From: Sminthopsis crassicaudata
Taxonomy: Eukaryota
DNA: 64,000 nt
Reading direction: 5' to 3'
Assembly (NCBI RefSeq): GCF_048593235.1
Contig: NC_133617.1
Span: forward strand, 62,767,767-62,831,766
Positions 1 through 11,929 of the stretch are shown one piece after another (position 1 is the first letter of the stretch; each line of letters opens with the position of its first letter). Below the pieces are notes generated by a model. The model did not search any database. It saw nothing but the letters and a program-made list of their open reading frames with translations, and was not told the origin of the DNA. A program made the translations under genes and the position numbers.

Positions 1-530
1 TTTCTTAAGTGTTAGTTTTTGAAAAGGACCTTAAACAGTTAAATATCACAATTAGAAGGGCCCATCTTGTCTTCCATCTTCAATTCACAGGTGCAGAAAC
101 AGGACCTAGGAAAAGGAAGTGACTTGGCTATGGTCACACAGGGAGTTATTAGAGGATCAGAGACTAGAAGGAAAAAGCCATTGGAAGGGAGTAGTAAGAG
201 TGCTCTTCGCAGAGGCTGATGAACCTGGGTTCAAATCCTGAGCTTTCTGATCTTCAGGCTCTATTATATGAGGATACTAATGCCTACACTGTTGAGCCAA
301 CTGGGCTGTTGTGAGGTCTAAAGAAGTTTTTCAGGTGTTCCACAAACTTCATAAAAGCAGTTTCCCAGCCCAGGTCCTCCCCACAGTATCCAACTCTGGA
401 CAAGGCTCTTTAGGAAGGAAGCTACAAGACCCAGTTCTTTGCTGGATGATGTTGAGGAAGAGAAGTGAAAGCCCTTGTTACTAGGGACTGAGAAGGGGAG
501 AAGGCCCTGAAAGGAGAGGGATCCTACCAA

Positions 531-705
531 NNNNNNNNNNNNNNNNNNNNNNNNNNNNNNNNNNNNNNNNNNNNNNNNNNNNNNNNNNNNNNNNNNNNNN
601 NNNNNNNNNNNNNNNNNNNNNNNNNNNNNNNNNNNNNNNNNNNNNNNNNNNNNNNNNNNNNNNNNNNNNNNNNNNNNNNNNNNNNNNNNNNNNNNNNNNN
701 NNNNN
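531..705. other. Assembly gap (175 N)
   Basis: Run of N next to a purine-rich low-complexity tract. Confidence 0.99.
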
Positions 706-865
706 GGAAGGGGGAGGTAAGGAGGGAAAGAAGAAAGAAGGAAGGAAAGAATGAAGAGAGGGAGAGAGGGGGAAGTTAGGAGGGAGGGAAGGAGCGAAAG
801 AAGGGAAGAAGGAGGAAGGGCGGGAGAAAGAGGAATGAAAGAAGGAAGGAAGGAAGGAAAAGGAC
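706..865 (+). repeat. Polypurine low-complexity tract (GGAA/GAGG-like)
   Basis: Almost purely G/A, e.g. gaaggaaggaaggaaggaaaagg; it produces the spurious P/S/L/F-rich minus-strand ORFs. Confidence 0.9.
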
Positions 866-1149
866 CGAACATCAAAGGCTGGGGAACTGCTCACAAGAGG
901 AGGGAGGGTCACACCTAAAGCCTGTCTGGTTGCCAACGGAAACCAGACATGAGGTAATGGCGAGATGAACTTGAACTTGAGGTGGGGGAGGGGCCGGAGA
1001 GCAGGCTCAGGGAACAATAGTGCGGGAGGATCAATGGCTGAGCTGATTCTCTAGCTAGGTAAAGGCGGTTTGGAAGAAATCAAGATTCCTTTCAGTGGGA
1101 GTGGAAGGGTGGGGGGCTCGGTGTAGGAGCTGAGAAGAGGGCTCGGATT

Positions 1150-2250
1150 TCTGTTCCCCAGTTGACTCAGGGAGTCCACCCCCTATTATAACTAGAAACT
1201 GGGCTTTGAGGCTCCGGGCTCCGCATTCACACCCTTCCCTCCCCCGAGCCTTGCCCCCCTACCCTAGCAACAAAGTGAGGGGCGGGACACAGAAGCAGGC
1301 TTGCTCCTGCCGCCGACCTCATTGGTCGTCCCGGCTTCCCGGATGGCTGGCTTCCGTGACTGTGCGGACAGGGCCAGAGGTAGGGGAGGCGGGAGGTTCC
1401 TTTTAAAGGAATCGGGTCCACTTTGCAGCCCGGACTCCCACCACGTGCAGGGGTCCCTGCTCCCGAGCAGCTGCTACATCTCCCGCTGGGAACCCCGAGG
1501 GCGAAATGCTCTCCAGAGCGGGGCAGGAAGTTGGGAAGCGGGGGAACGCTGAGACCGGACAAACCGCAGGGATCCCGGGGCCGAACCGGCCGGGCAGCCT
1601 CCGCCTTCCTGCGGACTGCCAGGCTCAGCACAGGGAGGGGCGGGTCGCGATCCCGGAAGCCTAAGGAGCCCTGGGCCTTGCAGGGTGCCCTGCTCTGTGT
1701 AACTGGCGGTTGGCAGAATCCAGTGGATCCCCAGTCCGCTGAATTGTGCCCATAGGCGGACGCTGATGCTGCCATGTATTGCTCTACAATGTGGTACTAG
1801 CGTAGAGACAGACAGCGTTCTGTGCCGAGCTTGTCGTGCTAACAGCGGGCACGCTTAGGGTCCTGCGTGGTGCTAGAGCGTCATGCTTTGTGCAACACAT
1901 GTTATTCATCGCGCTTAGTAAACTTCGAAACTCCCCGAAACATCAGCTCGGCTTGTTATTTGTGCTTAGCAAGCCCGTTACCGCGCCTCTGATCCGAGCT
2001 GGCTGGAGCACCCGAGCCCCAAGCTGCTCTGGAAGACTGCCTTGGAGCAGCTGCGTGGGGAAACGGGAGTTTTCTCACCTGAAGTCCCCCAGGCCCATGA
2101 AATCGCGTTCTCTTCCAGCCCCCGGAGGTGATACAATTCAGGGTTTGGGAAGTATGGTACGTGTATGCGTTGTGGGATACAAAGAGCCGAGAGGCTTAGA
2201 GCTTCAGTGCTGAAGCCGGGCAGCTGTCCAGTAAGGCAAGCCAGTTCCCC
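1150..2250. promoter_or_regulatory. CpG-island-like region inside the last intron of NFIC
   Basis: High GC and dense CpG compared with CpG-poor flanks. Contains a GC box (ggggcggg ~1279), inverted CCAAT (attgg 1321), ETS-like cttccg/ccggaag and CACGTG (~1442). Boundaries approximate. Confidence 0.65.
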
Positions 2251-2507
2251 CTCCCTTGGTCTCAGTGTCCCCATCTGTAAAATGGACATGATGGTACTTG
2301 CCCTGCCTCCCTAGTAGCAGCGAGATGGCACAGCGAACAGAGTGCTGGCCCTAAAGTCAAGACCAATCCTGCCTTCCATACTTAAGGGGTTGTATAACTG
2401 GGCAACTCACTTAATTTACCTTTATCTGTACAGTGAGGAATAGCACCTACTTCCCAGGGTTGTTGGGAGGATCAAACGAGATGATATTGGTAAAGCACTT
2501 TATGATT

Positions 2508-2720
2508 CTTTTTTTTCCTGAGGCGCTTGGGGTTAAGTGACTTGCCCAGGGTCACACAGGTAAGACGTACTAAGTGTCTGAGGTCACATTTGAACTCAGG
2601 ACCTCCTGACTTCAGCACTTTATGAATCTTAAAGGCAGCTAGGTGGCTCAGTGGATAGAACTCCATCTCTGGGATCAGAAGAGCCCGAGTTCAAATTCAG
2701 TCTTAGACCACTTGCTAGCT
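2508..2720. mobile_element. WSINE1/MIR-type CORE-SINE fragments (minus copy, then plus-strand 5' piece)
   Basis: ggttaagtgacttgcccagggtcacacag...tttgaactcagg on minus; ggcagctaggtggctcagtggatag...gagttcaaat on plus. Confidence 0.75.
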
Positions 2721-3480
2721 TTAGAAATCTTAAAGCATTCTATAAATGCTACTTGGTATCATTGCTACTTAGACTGACCTCCAAAGAGAACAAGGTGAAA
2801 TCATGGGAAAAAGCACTCTAGAAAAGTGAAAAGTGTTAACACAAATAGGAGAAATTATTATAGGGCGTGGGCGTATGTACCAAGTGGGCATGTATTTGAT
2901 GTTGGTTTTGCTCACATTTAAAGAGCTCAAAGACACTTTAGAAATCAAAGGCAGTGTGGGATAGTGGGAAAAGTCCTGGTCTGGTGCTGACAGTCTCCCC
3001 TTTGTGATCCTGGGCAAACACTTCACCTTGATGGACTTCAGCTTCCCCATGTATAAAATGAGAGGGTTGAACTAAGCAGTTTCTTAAGTTCCTCTTGTAG
3101 CTAGAACATCCTATGTTCTGAGGCCCCTCTCACTTATTGAATTTTCTGTTTTGTATTCTGTGTCCAAAGGACCATTGCTGCTGTGACACGGTTTCTAGAA
3201 TTTATTCCGCTGGCCACCCAAAGAGTGCGTCCATAGGTTTGCCTGTCCTCCCACAATATAAGAATATCACTGATCTTATGATCTGGGATTAAATTGAGGT
3301 GGGATCACAGAACTCACAGAGTTCTTGTCAGGAAAAAGTGCATTTTCTATACCTTGAAGCACCATATAAATGTTAGAAGCTATTACTGTACCTTTTTTGA
3401 AGGCTATGATCTTTGACCAATGCATGTGACACTTTATTGGAGGAGAGCCTTAAAGGCCACATTTTGCTACGTTAAATCAA

Positions 3481-3900
3481 TCCATTCTCTTTTGTCCATG
3501 CCCTCCCGTAAATCCTCCACAGGGCATCCACCTAGCATGCTGGGGGCCGTCTTTCCAATCTCCTCGACTTTCAGGGATACCAGTGGAGCGTGCAGGCAAT
3601 CAGGTACATTTTGCCCCCTTGAGGAATCCACCTCCTTTTTCACTTTTTCATTTGTCTGGTGGCATTCCTTTTGCCATGGCCATGGGTAGCATGCTGCAAC
3701 CTGCTCTTTGCTAATTCTGCTCTCTCCCTTGCCCTTCTGGTGACCTGTAGTCTTAGTTCCGTGGCTCCCAGTCATGCAACCTCACCAGAAGGATCTTAGA
3801 GTTATGAAGATGGGCCTTTGTTTCAGGGAGAAGCTGGGATCAATTTCCCAAGGTCATCTACTCCTCCATTCTAGTCTCATTGCTTCGGCCATCAGCTATA
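3481..3900 (-). mobile_element. RTE-clade LINE, decayed 3' fragment
   Basis: A minus frame reads TLHWYP*KSRRLERRPPAC*VDALWRIYGRAWT, matching the RTE C-terminal motif LxWYPRxxKRxxGRPPxRW. A related copy lies at ~61830-62300. Confidence 0.65.
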
Positions 3901-5959
3901 GGGGCTGATGGCACAGTCCTCACAACCCATATAACTAGATTTGGTTGTCTTGCTAGTTCAAGTTCAATTGGATTTTACTTTATGGGTAGTTAAGGCTCAA
4001 CTCTTTTAAAATGACTTTAGGTCTCCTTTTGGAGGCTGTACATAGTTCCAGAGCTTGATGCCATCAGCAAACAGCAAGATCTGGAGGACCTCCCAATCTG
4101 TAGGGAACCCTTCTCCAATATGGACTCTGTGCTGGACATCTGCCATGACAAGAGACTTTGGCTAGCATATGTGTCTCTTGTTTTATCCCTTACTTCATAT
4201 TAATAATCAGAGAGTCATTTAGTAAAATTATCTCTGCTGAGGTGGCTAGGTGGTCTAGTGGGTGGTCTTGGAGTCAGGAGGAAGAGTTCAAATCCCAGTT
4301 TCCTCATCTGCAAAACGAGAGTAATAACAGCACCTCCCTTAGGGAGTTAGTGTGAGAATAAGTGCCCATGTACAGCAGTTTGTGCATGAAGCATTATATA
4401 AATGAGTAGCTATTATTGTTACTTTTTTGAAGGCAATGATTTTTGACCATTGTATGAGAGATACTTTGTTGGAGGAGAACCTTAAAGGCTACATTTTAAT
4501 ACATCAAATCAAATGTTATTTTATAGTCGATAAGCTGTAGCATCTTATAATTTGTTACACCTTTCAGTCAGATGTGTGACTGATGTGGCAGGAGATTTGC
4601 TATTATTATTTGCAAAACCTTGCCTGTTCCCTTCTTACACTCAAATCAGAGATTCCCTCAATATGTATGTAGACTGTTCTCCTGATTTGATATAAATAGC
4701 AAAGTGCTGATTGGCCTTGGCTATTCATGTTCTCTTGGCCATCTTTTTTTGGTAACTATCAAATCTGAGATATTTTTCTCCCTTCCAATTCTTTAGCATT
4801 ATCTCTCTGTCCTCTCAAAAAGAGAATTTCTCAGAGCTATCCAAATTATATCCTCTCCACTATTGATGTCCTTTGTATAAATTTGGGCTTACCTGTCTGT
4901 TCATTCTGATTTTGTTTGCTGTAGTGCCACTGATACATCCTCATGTATCACCCCAGGGACGAGGAGATCCAATCCAAATGTTTTCACACTGATGTGAAAA
5001 AATGGTGGGGAAAACTTGTTATAAGACTCTCTACTACACTCTTTTGAATTTCCTTTTCTTTGTTCTTCCTTCAAGTTCATCCTTAAATTCCTCAGAATTA
5101 TTAATTGGATCTCTTACTGAGCTTTCTTTATGCTTTTTTTCCCCTTTCCATTTCCTACTGTTTGATGAGATAATGTTGCTCATAATCTCCTAACATCCTT
5201 CTCTAAGATCTTGCAGATGAATTTATACTTGAAATCAGTGTTTATTGGCAATGTTGTAGACCACTAGGTGGCACTCCTTGCCAAGTGCAGAGATAGGCGA
5301 CCAAAGGATAGGGAATAAGCATGTGCCATGTGCTTTCTCATTTGGTCCTTGCAACAACCCTAGGGCAGAGGTGCTGTTATTATCCCCATTCTACAGTTGA
5401 GGAAACTGAGGCAGACAAAGTAAAGTGACTTGTCCAGGAACACATAGCTAGTAAGATTTGAACTCAGAAGATGAGCCTTCCAGACTCCAGGCCCAGCACT
5501 CCATCCATCCCCTGTGCCACCTAGTGGCAATTCTCATTATACAGTTATCCAGTGTTACAATTCACAATTTAATTGGAGGCAATGGAATTTGTCCTAGAAT
5601 TTCTGCACTTCCTCACTCTCTGAAACAAATGTGGGCACTGAGGCAGCTCTTCTTCATTGTGGCAATTGCTGATCATGAGCCCCACAATAAAAGATGACCA
5701 AATGTGCCCTTATGTATGTTTCTTGTTGACTTCATACAAGTGATAAAATCAACTCTGCCAGTAGTTTATTTGCTTCTCCAAAGAAAACTCATGGGTTTAT
5801 TCCGTCTTCCCTTTGTCTTATGATCTCATTTTTAGTGAGAATGTCGAGATGGATATGGCACATTCCCTCCAGTTATATGTTCTCTCATTGTGGATCACTG
5901 GATGAGGATCTCATGTTTAGATTAAATCAATAATTGTTAATATTTATAGATAATTAACA

Positions 5960-6960
5960 AGCATTTATTAAATACTTACTTACTTATGGCACTGTGCCAA
6001 GAATTGGGGATATAGAAAAAGGCAAAAACACAAAAACCAGTCCCTGGCCTCAGGAAAACTAATAGAGGAAACAACATATCAGCAGTTAGGCTTGTGTTGT
6101 TGAGCTGTTTAAGTTGTGTCTGACTCTTTGTGCCTCCATTTGAAGGTTTGTATATACAAACCTTGTATATACAAGTCACATGCAGAATTTGGGGCAGTAG
6201 GGTAGTAGCCCAGTGGATAGAACTCTGGACCAGGAAGGCTTGATTTCCTGAGTTCAAACCCAGCCTCAGAACTTTCTAGCAGGGTAATCCTGGGCCAGTT
6301 ATTTAGCTCTATTTTCTCATCTGTAAAATGAGCAGGAGACTGCAAAAACAAACCAAACAACTAACCTAAATGGGGTTACTGAAGAATTGGATTCCACTGA
6401 AACAATTAAACAACAAAGACAACAGAATAGAAAGTCACCTTAGAAGTAGAGGACTAGGGGTGAAAGGGGAGGGAGGAAATTAGAAAAAGCCTCTTGCATA
6501 CAGCAGCCTTTGAGCTGAATCTTGGATGAAGCTAGAGATATCAAGAAGTAAAGGAGAAGGGCAGTCCTGGGATGGGAGAAAGCTATTGCAAAAGCATGGA
6601 GATAGGAGATGGTTTGTTTTGTGAGAGGAACAGCAGGGGTGGGGCAGGTGTCAGCAGGTCTTAGAATGCATGGAGGACAGTAAAATAAAGAAATCTGGGA
6701 AAGAAGGAAAGGACCAGCTTGCCAAGATCTTTAGATGCCAGAGGACTTTGTTAGGTCCTGGGAGTCATGGGAAGACGTTGGAGTTTATCGATTGGACAAG
6801 GTGACATGGGCAAAACTGCACTTTAGGAAAACCACTTTAGCAGTGGGCAGGGACAGGAAGACCGATTACAAGACTGTTACAGCAGTCCAGCTGAGAAGGG
6901 CTGAGGGCCCTCACACAAGTGAGTGGAGGGAAGGGCACAGACATGAGAAGAGATAAAGCA
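5960..6960 (-). mobile_element. L2 fragments with interspersed MIR
   Basis: caagcatttattaaatacttact...ggcactgtgcca L2 3' terminus and a purine-rich L2 body; MIR at ~6200-6420. Confidence 0.6.
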
Positions 6961-7868
6961 GAAATAAGATTCTGGTGATGGATTCAGTTTCTGGGCTGAG
7001 TACGTGGGAGGAGTTGAGAATTCTTAGCTTTCTCTTCCACACTCTGATGCCCTTGATATAGAAGTAGGGGGCTGTTCAGGAATGGGAACCCTTCTGACTT
7101 TTTCTTGGTTTCTGCCAGTTGCTAGAAGCAAAGCATTCTTGTGTTGGCCAGCCACAGGCTTTCCTTACTTAGTGAAGCTGTCCTACAGAAATCATAGTCT
7201 TCCCAAGTCAGAACTGCACACCCTCTCATGTATTGGGGTGGGGGCCTCTCAAGGTTGAGTACAGGTGTGTATTCCAAACTCCAGGCCCAGAAGAACATAG
7301 CAAACTATGCCCTAGACCTGACAATTATTGGTGGGATTGGAGAACCAAGAAAAGGGGCCGGACTGACTTATGAGATCCTCAGAAGCAAGGTTGTGAGTGC
7401 ATTCTTGTAGCTCCCCCTCCCTACCCTTCCCAGCTGTCCAACTTTCTTGCCACTCTCCAGCTGCCTTGCCTTCCCTCCCACCCCCAAGACTGACTAGCTT
7501 TTTGTTAGATCTTCTACAGAGCCCTAGGATGTCCAAGGGAAATGGACCTTTCCAACATAGAACGTAGAATGTCTTAACTGGAAGTGACTTTGGAAAAATC
7601 AAACGTTAGAACTGAAAGGAGTCTCTGAAGTCATCAAATCTAACTCCTTATTTGGTGGATAGTAAACTTGGACTCAAAAAGAAATGGCTTACTCAAGTCA
7701 TACAATGAACTAGTGACAAAATTGGGGCTAAAAGTGGAAAGTGAGTGGGGCTGTGAGAAGACGGGGGAGGAAGATGGAAAAGATGAAGCTGAGTATTAAG
7801 GAAGGTCATCATTGGCCCTCCAGATAACCATACTTCATCACTCTCTCTCTTTTTTCTTTCTCTTCCAG

Positions 7869-7886
7869 TCCTGGTATCTGGGATAA
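7869..7886 (+). CDS. NFIC: Nuclear factor I/C, last coding exon (SWYLG*)
   Basis: Long pyrimidine tract, then ccag|TCC TGG TAT CTG GGA TAA. SWYLG is the NFI C-terminus; downstream UTR motifs and the neighbours SMIM24/SMIM44/DOHH indicate NFIC. Confidence 0.93.
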   Translation, partial: SWYLG

Positions 7887-10800
7887 ACAAGGTTCTCCCC
7901 ACACGTCCCTTCTCCTGTGTCTCGGGGCTATCCCGGGGGGAGAAAGGCAGCCCCCCGGCCCACGTTTTCGGTGGAGAGCTAGTGCGAGTGAGGACGTCCT
8001 CCCAGCCATCCCCGCCAACATCCAACCCGACAAAAAAAACAAACAAACAAAAACACAACAAAAAGAGACAAACAAAAAACAAAGACGAAAACCAGAGGTA
8101 AGACAGAAAAGTCAGAGACTCTCTCCGAAGAGCGAGTGAGGTTCCGCGCCTGGCAGTCAGGAACACGGTCGCCCCGTCCCCCAGCGACAGACACCCCGGC
8201 CGAGGGGCCCCGGGGGGCAGCCTATGCAACACGGTGTCTTTCTAATTTATTCATCTCCTCTCCGCCTGCCACGACTGAAGAAAGGACCGGATGCCCAGCC
8301 TGTCCCCCGACCCCTGACCCCTGCTTCCATGCCTTCTCCCAGGACACGCGGCTGCTTGCCCCTGTTGGCACCGGGCAGGCTGAGGGCAGTTCCCATTGGC
8401 ACCAGCGGCCATCCCTCTGCCCAGGGATGAGCAGATTTAAAAAAACCAAACAGACAGCGTGCTTTGGGTTAGCTCCCAGACCCACTGTCCAGACTCCTTA
8501 ACCAGAGAGAGGTGAGCGTGTCCCTAAGGCCCACCACAGACGGGCCCCTAGCAGTAAAGGAACCAGACCATGTGCATCCTCTCCTCCCCGTCTGCCCTGA
8601 CCTGGACTCCCGTTCTGGGGCCGGATGGCAGCATTCCAAAAAGACCAGTGCCCGTGATGCTATTTGCCGAGGAGCTCAGACAGCAGCCTCCTGGGGGCCA
8701 GGGTACCCGTCCCAAGTGGCAGATACGCCACGGGCCTACTGCTCTAGGGGTGCTGTGGACAGGGTGAGGAGCGGAGATGGGCCCCACGGGGCCTCTGAGG
8801 GTGGCGATGGTGGCAGGGGAGACAGTGGCTCTCGGGTTTGGGGCACCGCGGTCAGGGTGGAGGCCACCGAGAGGGTCAGAAGGTTGGTTAGCGTGGCACA
8901 GCAGGGGCAGGGCTTGGTGGCACAGGGCCCCTTGGTGAGAGGATTCAGCACGATCTGAGCTAAAAAAAAGCCGGAGCCCCAACCAAATTCGTTTGCCCCA
9001 AAGGACTCATTGAAAACATCCCATTTTCTGCACCATTTATGGAGACATCTAATCTGGCCTGAACTTGGTCCTGGAGCCCCTCTCGCTTCTGTATTTCTAT
9101 CTGACTGGGACTTGTTCCTTCTTCATGCCTACCCCATTTGGGAGAAAAGGTCTATGCAATCAGTCCCACTCCTCCCGTAGTGCGGGGCCTGGAGCCTGGG
9201 ACCTGGGAACCGAAAGGACGGAGGAAGGAGGTGGCCCACCAAAACCTGTGCCCCAAAGCCTGGGGCCCTGGGGATGATGTACACGCTGCAAAAGATGCAC
9301 TTTTGGAGGACAGAAAGGGAAGGGGAAGCCACCGAAAGACCTGCCCCTCACTTGCCTGCTGTTCCCAAGGCTTTAGTCTGACTCTTAAGGATCTTGACAG
9401 GCCTCCCGGATTGGAGAGGTGTGGGTGGGGATAGGAAAGACAGTCCCCCCTGACAAAAATGCTCTCCCGCTCCCCTTCCTCACCCCGGCTAGCTGGGCTG
9501 TGGAGTGTACGCGATTTAAGTGCCTGAATCCTGGATCGCTGCCCTCAGCTACTGCCCTCCCCCCCACCACAGGGCCGAGTGATCATGGATGGCCAGAGCC
9601 AAGACCTGGGTGGCCCTTTGCCCTCCATGCCCGCTCAAGGCACCTCCACCTCCCTTTGCCAACTCCGCAGACCCTCCCCCTTCCTGGGCCCCGCTGGCTC
9701 CCTGCGCATCATCATTGAGATACCTCACCAAGGGCCACCCGGAGACACTGGGGTCCCTGATTTCTACCCATTGGTGTCTGGACCTCAGGCCCCTCCCTAG
9801 GGAGGGAGGAAGGGGACACCTCCTTCCCCAGCGGCCCTTTCTCCCCATTCAACAAGGTATCTCTTTGGGTCTCAGACACCCTCATCTCCTTACCTCCCCC
9901 AAGCCAGAGAGATGGGAGAGTGAAAGACAGAGTGGGCATTTGCCCCTGCCAGCCAACCGCCCGTCTGGGACAGTGGAGATCGGGGCCCAAGGGGGTCAGG
10001 GAAGCTGCCCCCTCCCCCGGTTCTCTACTGTCCCCTCTGCCAGTGCCTTAAAACCAAGAGTGACGCCCTTCCCATATCCATGTCCCCCCCATGCCTATGC
10101 CTGCTCCCCTCCCCAGCTCAGCCCAGGCCGGGCCAAGGGGAACTGCCCCATTGCACTTTTGTCTTCCCTGTTGGCTTCTGGGAGTGTGTGAGATAGGTTG
10201 GAAAGGGAGAGGTACTTGGTCCAGTCCCCTGCTCCGTGACTGATCCCCGCGAGGGGGGGGGGTGAACCTCGGTAGGGGAGGCAGGGGGGGAAAGATCTGG
10301 CGGAGAGGGAGAGACTGCCACACCACAGCTGGCAAGGAGGCAGTGCCCTGGCCCCACCTCGGCCCTCCCTGCTGCCGTTGTGCACCCCTGCCATTCGCTC
10401 CCCCAAACACGTACGCCCCAGCAGAGTGAGAAGTAGCTCGGGCCTGGGGTGGGCAATCTGTTAAGCATTTCCGTTGAGCCGCTCTGATAACACTAAGCTC
10501 AGGGAGCCAGCCCTAGGCCTCCCTCCTGTTCTCACCTCTGACCCTACCTCCCCCCGTCACCAGGGGAGGGAGGAGATGCCTGGGACTACCACTTCTGGGG
10601 TGCCCTTGGGCCCTGTGAGACCCACGTCTGACCTTTCTAGACCTCCTTCCCACTGGTCTCGGAGGGCCCCTTTCCCTGGAGGGGGTCTGAGCCATCTATG
10701 GGGCACTGAGCCGAAGGGGCTCCTCCCCACCGTGGGAATCTCGCTCTTGGCCCCAGGTCCCACCTTCCTTCTTTCTCTCTTCTCACCCACCCACTGCCAC

Positions 10801-11298
10801 CTCCTCCAGAGACCATCCTTTCCTCTCAAACTGGCACAAAGGCGTGGCAAACCCAGTGGATCCAAAAGAGAAAGACCAGAGTCTCCTAAGCTCCCTCCTC
10901 AGTTCCTCTTCCTACCCTGTGCCATCCTTCTCATCCTCTGGAGCTTCCCTGATGGCAGCCTTGTCGCCCAGTGGCAGAGGGTGCGATCCTCGTGCACTTA
11001 ACCCTGTTGTCCTCCCCACCCCCAAGAGGTCCCCAAGCCACTGGGCGGGGTTGGCCTTCGGGACCCGAAGTGAGCCTCTCTTGGGGGCGGATGGGTGAAG
11101 AGCGTGTGAGTGCGAGAGTGCGTGTCTGTGTGTGTGCGTGTCTGTGTGGGGGTGGGTGGGCATTGGAACCTTCGGTACAGGCAGCCCTAGCTCCCTAGGG
11201 TCTTAGGGGTGGGGGTGGGGAAGGACCGCATTCCAGGCGGGACCTTGCGGAACCAAGCTGGGCTAGCAAGTTGGCGTTCAAGGGGAGAACTCAAAGCT

Positions 11299-11620
11299 AA
11301 TAAAACTGCATGGTGCTTAACCAGGAACTCGTGTGACCTAGCTCAAGCTGTCAGCTCGGAGCTGATAAATGCATGGCAGACTATAACTGGCTCTACCTTT
11401 CCCCCTCTCCACCTTCCCCTGCCCCGTCCTCTTTAAAAAAAAAAAAAAATTATATAAAAAAGTGAAAAAAAATTCCATGTTTCCTAATTTGCACGAAATT
11501 TTCTATCACATGATGTGCCTTGCCTTCCAAGAATAAGTATTAACTTTCAACGGTATCACCGCACAGAGATAGCTGCATGCTCTGCTCGTGTAGTTAAAAT
11601 AAAATCAAATAAAAAATAAA
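11299..11620 (+). terminator. Proximal polyadenylation signal cluster in NFIC 3'UTR
   Basis: AATAAA at 11299-11304, 11598-11603, 11608-11613 and 11615-11620. Confidence 0.55.
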
Positions 11621-11652
11621 AATGGAAAAGGGGGATGTACTTCTATTTGTAA

Positions 11653-11684
<32 letters not shown>

Positions 11685-11929
11685 AATCACCAACAAAAAA
11701 ACTCAAGCCCATCCAGCGTCCAGCCCTCCTCAGCTCCTTCTTTGGGCCTCACCTCCGTCCATCTCTGTTCATATTTCTTGGGCCTAAAGAGGGGTTCCTC
11801 ATGTAATGGCCATCCCAAAGCCTTCCTAGCTCTTGCCCCTTTCTCAGCTATCTGCCCAAAGCTAAGCTTGAAGGGTCCAGGAGGCTGTTTGTTTTTAATT
11901 TGGAAATGTTAACATCCAGACCCTAAAGG

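Noticed and set aside
318-1017. 185-aa and 178-aa minus-strand ORFs
   Set aside because: They span the N gap and a polypurine tract; low-complexity artefacts.
3467-3775. 102-aa minus ORF
   Set aside because: Off-frame reading of a decayed RTE; the RTE-like frame has stops.
1-7868. NFIC penultimate coding exon (…RSFVGLGPRDP…QAQ)
   Set aside because: No matching frame found; it presumably lies upstream of the window.
8136-11200. Many overlapping 70-200 aa ORFs on both strands (e.g. 9589-10191)
   Set aside because: GC-rich UTR has few stop codons; Pro/Gly-rich with no recognisable domain.
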